A DNA stretch of 62,855 nucleotides, counting the filler, from Basidiobolus ranarum (lineage: Eukaryota), in NCBI GenBank assembly GCA_040143965.1. It is 29 parts of 29 records of this genome, joined end to end, with 100 filler letters (N's around TTAATTAATTAA, not from the genome) between each part and the next. Parts side by side here need not be neighbours in the genome. Positions count along the whole stretch, not along the records: positions 49,964 to 52,030 come from JASJQH010010713.1; positions 52,131 to 54,196 come from JASJQH010010714.1; positions 54,297 to 56,361 come from JASJQH010010715.1; positions 56,462 to 58,526 come from JASJQH010010716.1; positions 58,627 to 60,691 come from JASJQH010010717.1; 24 more parts are not named here. The stretch is one strand, 5' to 3'. Under the pieces are notes generated by a model. The model did not search any database. It had not been told where the DNA came from and worked only from the letters and a program-made list of their open reading frames with translations. Both the position numbers and the translations under genes were made by a program. Each line of letters begins with the position of its first letter. Position 1 is the stretch's first letter. Shown in pieces: positions 49,964 through 60,791 of the stretch.

Positions 49964-50143
49964 TATGCTATGCCTATATTGCTAGGGAACCTTAACCTAG
50001 TCTGTCAATGTATGGTACTTTGGCATTTCTACTATACAAGCAACTGATTGGCCTTTGACTTTGTGTTCAGATGCAGTCACCATACTCTATATTTTCCTCT
50101 TTGGGAATTACTGCTTGTACCACAAGTCATCAGACTTTCAACA
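49964..50143 (-). repeat. LTR-like repeat type F inserted in CMC ORF2
   Basis: Near-identical to 13128-13307. Confidence 0.85.
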
Positions 50144-52030
50144 CTTATATCATTGTTGAGTGACTCTCTAACTATTGACTAGTTGCTTTGGAACACCATA
50201 ATAATTGCAATATTGCAGCAGTATTGCTTGTCATGGCCAGTGTAGCAACTTTGTAGTCTATACTTATGATCACATACTTATCATTACAGTGTTCTGCCTG
50301 CAATTCTCTTGTTGTGATAATTCTATCCAAACTTTCTACAGAGAGTTGTTCAAAAGTTGGCAAATTAGCCATTTTGGAACTTCATGGTCTTGATGATGCT
50401 TTGGTTGCACTTTGCTCAACTATTGATTTACTACACAATTGGGGGATTAAAATCTCTTCACTTGCACTATTGCTGGAAAGAAACACATCTGGTGAGTTGA
50501 TCAGAGCTTCATCATTACTTGAATTAGTTTCTGGCATGTTAATGCCTCCAAAGTGGATAGTGGATTGCTAGACTGCTCATCAATTAAGTCCTGTGTTCTT
50601 GCTGGTTTTTTTCCATCTGTGCCAGCAGGCTTTTGCTTAGAAGCCAGTTTTGATTTTGATTTTGAACACTTTCTAAATGTATTGGGAAAATATGGGCTGT
50701 ATAGAGGAACATGAAAAAAGTGGAGTTGTGAATAGCTTTGTGACACAATTATTCATTGTCCAGAAATAATGCATTTATACATTTTGGTGGAAATACAGAA
50801 AACTAACTCTGGGGTTGTGTTCATAACATCAGCGGGAGCAAAATGAGCTATCTTTTGGGCATTCTAGATAAGGTTAATATTTTCCAATATGGAATTGCTA
50901 ATTCTCACATTATTCACACATATATATAATATATGTTCCAATTTTCAGCTAAGTAATATTAACTGACTTATATGTGATATATGAAATAGTTAGGTGTATA
51001 AAGATAGAGATAAGAAATATCATAAAGACAATAAACTTCAACAGAATGGCATTAAAATTCTCAGATGGTAAACTTGGTGTAATGAAATTGCTTAGAAACA
51101 GCTTATAATAAACCAAAATTGCCATCCATTACCAGAAATATCTTGGAAATCCCCAGATGACTCATGTGTGACACCGTTTCAGAATCAGCTGACAATATTG
51201 ATGGGCTATACCTAGAATACCACCCTTATGTGGGAGGTGTTCTTTTTTCTACAATATCCTTCTAATGCTGCAACACAAATGTTCAAAGATGATCTGCTAT
51301 TATTGTCAAAAATATTTGTGCTATAAAAGCTGGAGGCTTCATAGAAAAAATAATCACAAGCATGGTCACTGTACAAAGCCACCAGCTGCACAAAGCCTGG
51401 GATATAACAACAGTAATAAGTGCACTAAGTTGAATTTAGTTTTGCCCTTTGAGTCCACTGATTGTAGTTTGCCTCAAAGTTTTGGTAACACTGCTATAAG
51501 TTAAGATGCTGCGGAGTTACCATAGTTATATACCAGAATGATGTACGTCAAAATGCAACTTTGGTTGAACCAGTAAGTCCAGACAGCTTTGAAGACTTGC
51601 TGCTAGATGTTGACCTGGTTATTCAAGTACCAATGGTAGTATATCAGAAGTTGAAGAAGAAGACAACAGTTTTGTTACTGACTCTTTGCTATTAGCAAAC
51701 ATTAGTCCACTCTTGACTCTTACTGTAAAGGAAGCAGCTTTGATTATTGAGGAGTGTAGAGTTCAATCCAATCTTAGCAACCAGGTATTTATTGGTTTTC
51801 TTACACTTTTACCACAGTTGATTGGCAACTGCTGCTTGCCACAGACCTGGTACAAGTGGAAAACAGCTGTCAATTGTATGACATATAATCCTTCAGTAAT
51901 TAAACTACCTTCATGTCCAAATGGTTGTTTGGCTTTTACCGGAGATCTGAAAAACCTGAAGTCATGCACGGTTTGCACACAATTGGCAATCACTGAATTA
52001 GGTAAATATTGTTCATATTGGGCTTACATA
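50144..52030 (+). mobile_element. CMC central region: ORF2 5' part (minus strand, to ~50670) and transposase N-terminus (plus, 51686-52030)
   Basis: Left part matches 60187-60691; right part LPQTWYKWK...SCPNGCLAFTG...CTVC is the Cys motif at the EnSpm transposase N-terminus. Confidence 0.8.
50680..51043 (-). repeat. Solo copia LTR type C with 5-bp TSD AAATG/GAATG
   Basis: Full-length match to 35533-35911. Confidence 0.88.
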
Positions 52031-52238
52031 NNNNNNNNNNNNNNNNNNNNNNNNNNNNNNNNNNNNNNNNNNNNTTAATTAATTAANNNNNNNNNNNNNN
52101 NNNNNNNNNNNNNNNNNNNNNNNNNNNNNNGGCGAGTTTCACATTCAAGTACGAATTTGGCACTATAAGAGAAGACTTCTAGGCAGGTACAGACTTTATG
52201 TTTGACGCCAATAGATCGGAGGGTGGGTGCATTTTCGC

Positions 52239-52499
52239 GTGTGGCAATGGGCGAAGCACTCAGTGAAGACTGCGGAAGGCAAGCAAGTCAATCAGCAATG
52301 GCTTTTACAGCTGTTGGACGAAGAAACCAACTCGTTGAAGAAGCAACTTGGCAACAAATACGGTAGCTTCAAATTCGATCTTGCGAAGAAGTATATGGCA
52401 GGACAGGTGACAGGGAAGGATACAGATTATGCAGACTTCTTGACTACCTTGATTTATGATGAGATCACATCGTTACCTAACAACAAACCGAAACTTTAA
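52239..52499 (+). CDS. MLS1: Malate synthase C-terminus with PTS1-like PKL, 5'-partial
   Basis: VWQWAKH.VKTAEGK...KFDLAKKYMAGQVTG...YADFLTTLIYDEI...KPKL*. Confidence 0.85.
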   Translation: MWQWAKHSVKTAEGKQVNQQWLLQLLDEETNSLKKQLGNKYGSFKFDLAKKYMAGQVTGKDTDYADFLTTLIYDEITSLPNNKPKL

Positions 52500-53005
52500 G
52501 CTGATTCGTTTGTCAAGTTCACAGTACTCCAGTGTTACCTCCTCAATTTCACATAAAATGGTTCGATTTTTGACTGGTATGCGGTAAATAATAAATCCAA
52601 GAAAATACCTAATACAAATGGTAATGATTACTATCTTCGTAGATTCGCTTAATTTGACATTCACTGAGTCCTCCAACTATCTGGTAATTAATAGCTAAAA
52701 GACTCTTCAAACTAATACATTTTATTGCCAAATACAAGGCCTGTGCGCTTGTAATGCAGTACATATGATACCAGAATGGTGTGAGCAGTTAATCCAATAT
52801 TGCGTGAAGTTATCACAGTGGTCTCGATACTAATAAGCTTAGAGCAAATAGGAAGCATAAGGTATATATGTAGCTAACGGAGAATGACAAAATATTCTGC
52901 ATCTCTAGAGTCTTCGCATTTATTTTTAGTGCCTCAATAAATAATTTGAACATGCAAGTTAAGCATACTTTAGTATTTCTGTCTCTGTAATGACTACAAT
53001 ACAAT

Positions 53006-53187
53006 GGACTTGTTCCCAGTGATAGTGCCAGATTGTGCTGTATATATCATATTGGATAAAGTATTCTAAAATTTATGTGGCACAATTTGGCACTATCTGG
53101 CACCCTCTGGCATGATCAATTTCAATCACAACTACTTTAATATATTGAGCCCAGGTCTGATAAATCCTGGCACCATGGAACAAGTCC
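53006..53187 (+). mobile_element. 182-bp MITE, perfect 11-bp TIR GGACTTGTTCC, TSD AAT
   Basis: aat-GGACTTGTTCC...GGAACAAGTCC-aat; left ~95 bp match 16364-16460. Confidence 0.92.
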
Positions 53188-53519
53188 AATGCTTGGACTT
53201 GGGAAATGTTGACTCTAGATTGGCAATACACATTGCTAACCCCATCTGATATACCAGAACTCAAACTGGTAGAATACCAGCAGAGTGTATAAGTGAGGCC
53301 TAAAATAACATGAGAGTGCTAGCTAAAAAAGAACATTTTCCCTTACCATCAGAAAAACAGTAGAAAGCTGAAGTTTATGACCTTTATCATGTTTGTTATT
53401 CCTACCTTTATAGGCCTAACTATCTCTTAGAGTAGACTGTAGTAAATGCATCTTTAAATTGTAAAAATTCAGCAAAAATACCTTTTTTGGCTGGCATTTA
53501 GATCAGTATACTGCTTTAC

Positions 53520-53880
53520 ATATTTAAAAGAACTTGCATGCCTATATTTATACACTTTTGGCCATGTGTTCCAGCCATATTTTGAATCAAAAGATACTAG
53601 CATCTTATTGTGCTTGGTCTCTACATATTCACATACTTGACTAATCAGACACCTTTTACAATGTCAATAGACTTTGTTAACAGGCTAACAGTGGAAAAAT
53701 TGCTGAACATTTGAAATTTTGAATATTACTAACACTTGACAAATAGCTGATTTTTGCTACCACTGACAATTGGAATAAACTCCTTAATTTGTGCAAATAT
53801 TTGTAAAGTATTCAGCCAAAATATCCCTGATTTACAATCAACAAATATTTAATCAAAAGTGGAAGTGTCATTGCTTAAAA
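53520..53880 (-). pseudogene. Diverged CMC transposase 3' region (second subfamily)
   Basis: Aligns loosely to 39460-39800 (catacttgact.at.agaca, aaatagctga, gtgtcattgctt). Confidence 0.65.
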
Positions 53881-53893
53881 AAAATCATTATGC

Positions 53894-54196
53894 TGTTGTG
53901 TACCAATATAAAAAGTTGTTTAACTTATGCCATTTCTACACAACTTGCATGAATATCTGTTTAGTTTATCATAATCACTAACTAGTCACCTGACCTTATC
54001 CAGTGACTCAATCATGTGACTTATCACATGACTAACTATCTATTCTCTTATCCCTTCTATAAGAACATATGAAAAATCATATGAGCATTATCCAATCAGT
54101 ATTAACCTCTGAGTTATCTGCCTAGACACAAGTCAATATGAGTCACAAGATTCATAACCAATGATCTTTCACTGCCAAGACTTCAGCTGATGCATG
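53894..54196 (+). repeat. LTR-like repeat type E, 5' part
   Basis: TGTTGTGTACC terminus; matches the reverse complement of 15440-15744. Confidence 0.75.
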
Positions 54197-54296
54197 NNNN
54201 NNNNNNNNNNNNNNNNNNNNNNNNNNNNNNNNNNNNNNNNTTAATTAATTAANNNNNNNNNNNNNNNNNNNNNNNNNNNNNNNNNNNNNNNNNNNN

Positions 54297-55085
54297 CTCA
54301 ATGGCTCAACATAATCTACAAGAGCTTGGAATAGGAAAATATATGCTTTTTTGGAAACACTCAAATTCCAAAATAGTAATGCTGACTATAGTTACTATTT
54401 CTGGCCAGATAAGATGAACCCAGCTTTATTAGCATTATATGTATATGACCTTATTATTGCAACCAATGACTTGAAGACTTTGGAAAAAATCAAATCCAGA
54501 TTATCGGCCAATGAAAAATGACTGATCTTGGTGAACTGAAGTACTATCTTGGTATCCAACTTAAGATAGATAAAACTACCAAAACAATTACTTCAAACCA
54601 GTCTAAGTATATACTCAGTATACTAAAGAAGTTAACAATTGAAGAATGTAATCCAGTATCTACCCTAATAGAGATAAATCTTAACTTGACCAAAAATGAC
54701 TCAAATTGGATGTTTTTGGATTCAAATGAAAGCCAGAAATTTCCTTATCAATCAATGGTTGGTAGTTTTATGTATATCATGGTTGGAACACAGCCAGATA
54801 TTGAATATTCTGTGAGAGTTATGGGCCAATATCTTCAAAGTTATGCATCTGATGGCAGTTAAACAGATTTTCAGATATTTGAAAGATACTGTTGATCAGT
54901 GCTTAAAATGCACATATTCTGGATCAAACTTTGATCTGATGAGATATTCAGATGCAAATTGCTGGAGAGTTATTCAAGACAGGAGATTGACAACAGGATA
55001 ATTATTTCTTTGCTGTAATGGAGCTATTTTTTGGAATTCAAAGAAACAACCTACCATGGCACTTTCAACAACAGGAGCTGAGCCA
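54297..55085 (+). pseudogene. Copia RT-RNase H remnant
   Basis: MTDLGELKYYLGIQ, YQSMVGS, WNSKKQPTMALST. Confidence 0.88.
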
Positions 55086-55218
55086 CAGTCCGCAATTTTT
55101 TTTAGAATTTTCTGGATCCACAAATCCATCTAGCTAGTTGATAAAAGTCTACTCAGCAAGCTCACCATTGAAAAAAGCAGTTTTGACATGTATATGATAT
55201 ATAATAAACTGATATTTT

Positions 55219-55459
55219 GCTAAAAGAAATTTGAGGATTGTGATTATAAGAAAACCATCACAATTTTAATACATTTTGGATTGAATGTTTACTTACCATC
55301 TTTAAATCATCAAATTAGTTGTGATTTTAATCAGTTTTTTTTGGTTCAAGAGTGAAATTTCAAGATGTTACAAAATAGTTGCACATGATTAGCTACAATC
55401 TCAGAAAATTATGGATCAACACATGTGTGAAAAATATACCTCAAATTTTACATGTTCAC
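55219..55459 (+). mobile_element. Decayed CMC end A
   Basis: gctaaaagaaatttgaggattg; matches 57171-57415. Confidence 0.75.
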
Positions 55460-56361
55460 TGTTAAAGTTTAAGAGAGCCTCTTGGAAGTGGTTTGGAAAT
55501 TAGAGAAATGGGTGGTTACCACTTTTTGATTTATGGAGTAGAAAGATGACATTTATAGTTTTGTCAAGATTTATACAAACTAACATGTAGGATGTGTTAA
55601 GTGCTGAAATTAGGATTACCTAAACACCAATATTGTCATATATAGCTTAGTACTTAGTTATATCATAATTTGCTAAGATCTTATCCATTATTCTCAACTG
55701 GAATTTGCTAAGAATATTTTTACCAACTTTGCTGTTCCCAGATATTCAGATTTTTTAAACTTGTCCTAGAAGCCCCAAACTTTGTACAGATGTTCCTGGC
55801 ACCTTCCTTCACACATTTTTATGGTAGCTTGCTTACATCTTGACAAAACTATAAATGTCAATTTTCTACTCAATAAATGATTAAGTGTAAACCACCACTT
55901 TCTCTAATTCTCCCAACCACTTCCAACATGCTCCCAAATACTTTAACAAGTTCTGAGCCCCAAGCTTTACTCTCTTTAATGTCTACTTCTCAAATTTATG
56001 GAATTTTTCCCTCTTCTGAAAAGTTAGATAGAATCAATTATCATGTTTGGAAAATAGAACTGAAAATACTGCTGCAAGAAAAGGACTTTGGGACACTGCT
56101 GTAGGCAAAGTAAACAATGAAAAAATATCTGAAACCAAAGTTTCACTCCTGGCAAAAAAAGAACAATGTCCCTTTAATACAATTTGTCTAAATGTTAAAG
56201 ACAAATGGCTAATTCAATGTTCAAGAGCTAAAGCTGCCAAGAAGGTATGCAAAGCCTTGGAAGACACCTACCAAACAAGTTCTGCTGCCAACAAGATGTT
56301 TCTAAGAAGACAATTCTTTAACTTAAAGATGAAGCCAGGAGAAGACATTAAATCACTAATT
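55460..56361 (+). mobile_element. Inverted partial LTR B (55460-55600), then copia family B 5' LTR (55602-55948), decayed PBS (55949-55960) and gag (from 55979)
   Basis: agttctgagccc after the LTR; EKLDRINYHVWKIELKILLQEK, NKMFLRRQFFNLKM. Confidence 0.85.
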
Positions 56362-56461
56362 NNNNNNNNNNNNNNNNNNNNNNNNNNNNNNNNNNNNNNN
56401 NNNNNTTAATTAATTAANNNNNNNNNNNNNNNNNNNNNNNNNNNNNNNNNNNNNNNNNNNN

Positions 56462-57170
56462 AGCTTCATAAATCCCTTTTTGAACCCTGATTGTGCAGCC
56501 ATTTTGACCAAAATTAAAGCTATATCCCTCAGATGTAGCATTACTCACTGATAACAAGTATTTTGCTATCCCAGGCATATATAGCACATCTTTCAATGTC
56601 CAATATATGCCCCTGAGATGCCTCCAAGATCCACTTCAATTTCTTCCACTCCCATAGCTTCTAGTTGCTAGTCATCTCCCATTTAAACCTTCTTGTTTAT
56701 GTCACTTTTAAGTGTCTTAAATCAGTTTTTTTGAGTAGAGAAATGTTGAAAGGCTCCAGAATCAATATATCACCACCTACAATCTTGTTCAGAGGTCACT
56801 GATAGGACAGAAATGAATAAAACTTCCTCTTTGGTTGAAACCTGCATTGCTTGTTCTGACTTCTCATTTTTGTTGTAATTTCTTGATTTGCAATCTTTTA
56901 ATTGGTGTCCTGGTTTGTTACAACCATATCATAAACCTGGTTTCCTTCTTTTGTAACCTTTGTACTTGCCAAAGCTATGTTTTGCAGCTCCAAAAAGATC
57001 CACTTGCTCAGATTCTTTTTCTAAATTCTGACTTCTGCGGTGTTGATCCATTAGCCTTGCCACCACAAACTTCAGAGACAACTTGTCAGTTCTTGCTTTC
57101 AAAGCTGTGACCAAGTTTGAATACTGTTATGGTAGACCACTTAGAAGAGTCATAATGATATCTTCTTCCA
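56462..57170 (-). pseudogene. Copia gag-protease remnant
   Basis: IIMTLLSGLP, YIDSGAF, DVLYMPGIAKYLLSVS. Confidence 0.85.
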
Positions 57171-58526
57171 CCCTAACGGAAATTTGAGGATTGTTATTGT
57201 AGGAAAACCGTCACAATTTTAATCCATTTGGGGTTGAACGTTTACTTACCATCATAAAATTGTCAAGTTAGATTTGATTTTAATCAATTTTTTCAGTTTC
57301 AGGAGTGAAGTTTCAGGATCTCACAAAATAGTTGCAAATGATTGGCTAAAATCTCAGAGAATTATGGATCAACACATGTGCAACAAACATAACTCAAATT
57401 TTACATAATTACCACTTGAATGCTAATTTGTCACCTTTGAAATCTCTAGTCTCTTTGATATATTCTCCTGAATATTTTTATAGAGTTCTTCACACCCAAG
57501 GTTTAGCTCATACCCAACACAAGTTTGTATCAATATCTCCATCAAAGCCCAATATTGTATTAACATAGTGGAATCAACATTCTTCCAGCTATCTGGCTGA
57601 TACACTGTGATATTGTGCTACTCTATATTAAGTTCTTCCCAGATATCTTCACAGTCAACACCAGACTGAATGTCAAGTTGAATGTTCTTCTGAAGCCACT
57701 TTCTGCATACTTGCACTGCATCTTTCCCCTCATACTTTTGAAAATACTCCTCAAGCACTTTGACTATTTTTGCATGTCCTTGTAGTGTGACACTACTGAG
57801 GGTGCTTTTCAGTGTTTGTCTGGCTCTTTGCTTGCCATTAAGTTTGGGCTAACTTCAACACTTTGAACAGTACAAGTTGAGGTTGGAGAGCCATGAATTT
57901 TATTTGCTGGTGTTTTGGCTTGTTGAGAGGTGCCAGGTGTTGAATAAACTTCCAAATTTAGCACTTTTCCAACTGGTGTACCCAGTTCCATGGTGAAATT
58001 AACCTTTTTTGCCAGTATATCTGACTCTGGAAATGTGATATTTGTAATGGTGTAAAGAATTTGATAAATGGGACAGTTGAGCCTAAACTCACTGGCTCCT
58101 TTGCTTTTCCTTTAGGTTTTCTAACTTCCTGCTCCTTTAGTACTTCTTTGGCTGCCTTTCTTTCTTTTCCACATTGATAATTGTGTACATTTTTGAGATG
58201 TTTCATGAATAGGCCTATACTAGCCCAATTGCCATTTGCTTGCAAAAACTAAGGACAAATCACATGAAATAAGTCAAGAACCTTCAGAGTAACAGCTGAT
58301 TTTTGGTTTTTCCGCAATTGGCTCAAATCCAGGTGATTTTGGGCAAGATTTGGCACAGTTTCAAAAATGATAAAACACTCATCATCAGAGTAAGTGACAG
58401 CAGCTCTGACATTCAGAGTCTTTTGGTTTGCCGGTTTTCCTATGAGATTTCTACTTTCATGTGCCCAAGCAATTTTGGGTCATTGTGTAGGCATAATGGT
58501 CTAACACATATTCTGCACTGTTAGAT
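57171..58526 (+). mobile_element. CMC end A plus ORF2 (minus strand)
   Basis: ccctaacggaaatttgagg terminus, which retains CpG. Confidence 0.9.
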
Positions 58527-58626
58527 NNNNNNNNNNNNNNNNNNNNNNNNNNNNNNNNNNNNNNNNNNNNTTAATTAATTAANNNNNNNNNNNNNNNNNN
58601 NNNNNNNNNNNNNNNNNNNNNNNNNN

Positions 58627-59312
58627 AATAGCCCCAAAGTTAAAGGCAAGCAAAAAGCCACATAAACACCACAAAGCACCCTCAGTACTGTCACACTACA
58701 ATGACGTATGAATATAGTAAAAGTCCTTGAGCAGTATTTTCAACAGTATGCAAGGAAAAATAGAGTGCCAGTATGCAGAAAGTGGCTTCAGAAGAACAAC
58801 ATTCAACTTGATATCCAGGCTGGCTTTGACCATGCAGATATCTGGGAAGAACTTAATACAGAGTGGCACAACATTGCAGGGTATCCACCAGATAGCTTGA
58901 AGAATGTTGATTCAGCAACATTAATACAATGATGGGCTTTGATGGAGATATTGATAAAACTTGCATTATATATGAGCTAAACCTTGGGTATGTAGAACTC
59001 TATAAAAATATTCAGGAGAATATATCAAAGAAACTGGGAATTTCAAAGATGACAAATTAGTGTTCAAATGGTAAATGTGTAAAATTTGAGTTACGTTTTA
59101 TGCGCATGCATTGATCCATAGTTTGCTGAGATTGTAGTCAATCATGTGCAACTATTTTGCAAGATCTTGAAATTTCACTCCTGAAACTGAAAAAATTGAT
59201 TAAAATCAAATCTAAGTTGATGATTTTCTGACAGTAAGTGAATGGTCAATCCCAAATGGATTAAAATTGTGGTAGTTTTCCTACAATAACAATCTTCAAA
59301 TTTATGTTAGGG
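58627..59312 (-). mobile_element. CMC end A (TIR ends at 59312) plus ORF2 C-terminus, nested in another CMC copy
   Basis: ...caaatttatgttaggg; ORF 58708-58932. Confidence 0.85.
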
Positions 59313-60691
59313 TTCATGTTGCTGAATTAACATTCTTACCACTGTTTAGCAATTCCCTGCAATAATGTGCCACTCTGTATAAAGTTCTTCCCAGATATCC
59401 ACACAGTCAACACCAAAAAGCATGAGATAGGGTTGGAGAGCTATGAGTTTTATTTGCTGGTGCTTTGGCTTGTTGAGAGGTGCCAGGTGTGGGATAACCT
59501 TCCAAATTTTGCACTCTTCCAACTGGTGTACATGGTTCCATGATGAAATTAAGCCTTTTTGCCAGTATACCTGACTCTCAAAATTCAGATCTTTGTAATG
59601 GTGTGAAGAATATAGTAAGTAGGACAGTTGAGCCTAAGCTCAGGGGCTCCTTTACTTTTCCCTTGGGTTTACTAACTTCCTGCTCCTTGAGTACTTCTTG
59701 AGCTGCTTTTCTTTCTTTTCTAAGTCAATCATTGCATGCATCTTTGAGATGTTTTGTGAATAGGACTATACTAGCCCAATTGCCATTTGCTTGAAAAAAA
59801 ACCAGGATAAGCTATATGACATAAGTCAAGGACATTTGGAGCAACACCTGGTTTTTAGTTTTTCCAGGATAGGCTCAAATCATGGTGATTTTTGGCAAGA
59901 TTCCACACAGCTTCCAAAATGTTAAGCCACTCATCATCAGAGCAAGTGCTGGCAACTCTGACGTTCAGAGTCTTTTGGTTTGCTGGCTTTCCTATGAGAT
60001 TTCTACTTTCATGTGCCCAAGCAATGTTGGATTGTTGGGTGAGCTTAATGGTCCAACACATATTTGGCTATGCTAAATAGTCATGGTGACATTCATATGT
60101 ATGGTGTGGGACTGATTAAAATCCCATATGAGATTGGACATAAGGAGCAGCATGTTGCTGTGGCTCAAGTACAGATTTCTGAAGGTCTTGTATCAATGTC
60201 AAGTGACTGTCTAACTTTTGGCTTGTTGCTTACAGATGCTGCCTTAATTGCAATATTGCAGGATTATTGCTTGTCATGGCCTGTATAGCAACATTGTAGT
60301 CTTACTTGTGATTACATACAAATCATTATGGTGTTCTGCCTGTGATTCCATTGTTATAATGATTCTATCCAAATTTCCTATGGAGGGTTGTTCAATTGTT
60401 GGCAAAGTAGCCATTTTGAAAGTTGATGGGCTTGACAATGTTTATGTTGAACTTTGCGCAACCATTGACTTTGTTGGAGAATATAATCTCTTCACTTGCT
60501 CTATTGCTTGACAGGAACACATGTGGTAGATTGATGAATACTTTGTTATTACTTGAGTTAGTTTCTGGCATGTTAATACCATTCAAATTGGATAGTGGAT
60601 TGCTAAACTGCTCATCAATTAAGTCCTCTGTTCTTGGTGGTTTTTTTCCTTTTGTGCCAGCTGTCTGTTGGGTAGAAGCCAATTTTGATTT
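59313..60691 (+). mobile_element. CMC internal region (ORF2 on minus strand)
   Basis: Overlaps 57570-58526 and 50144-50660. Confidence 0.85.
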
Positions 60692-60791
60692 NNNNNNNNN
60701 NNNNNNNNNNNNNNNNNNNNNNNNNNNNNNNNNNNTTAATTAATTAANNNNNNNNNNNNNNNNNNNNNNNNNNNNNNNNNNNNNNNNNNNN

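Noticed and set aside
21495-52499. Catalase plus malate synthase as a peroxisomal gene cluster
   Set aside because: They are on different, arbitrarily ordered contigs.
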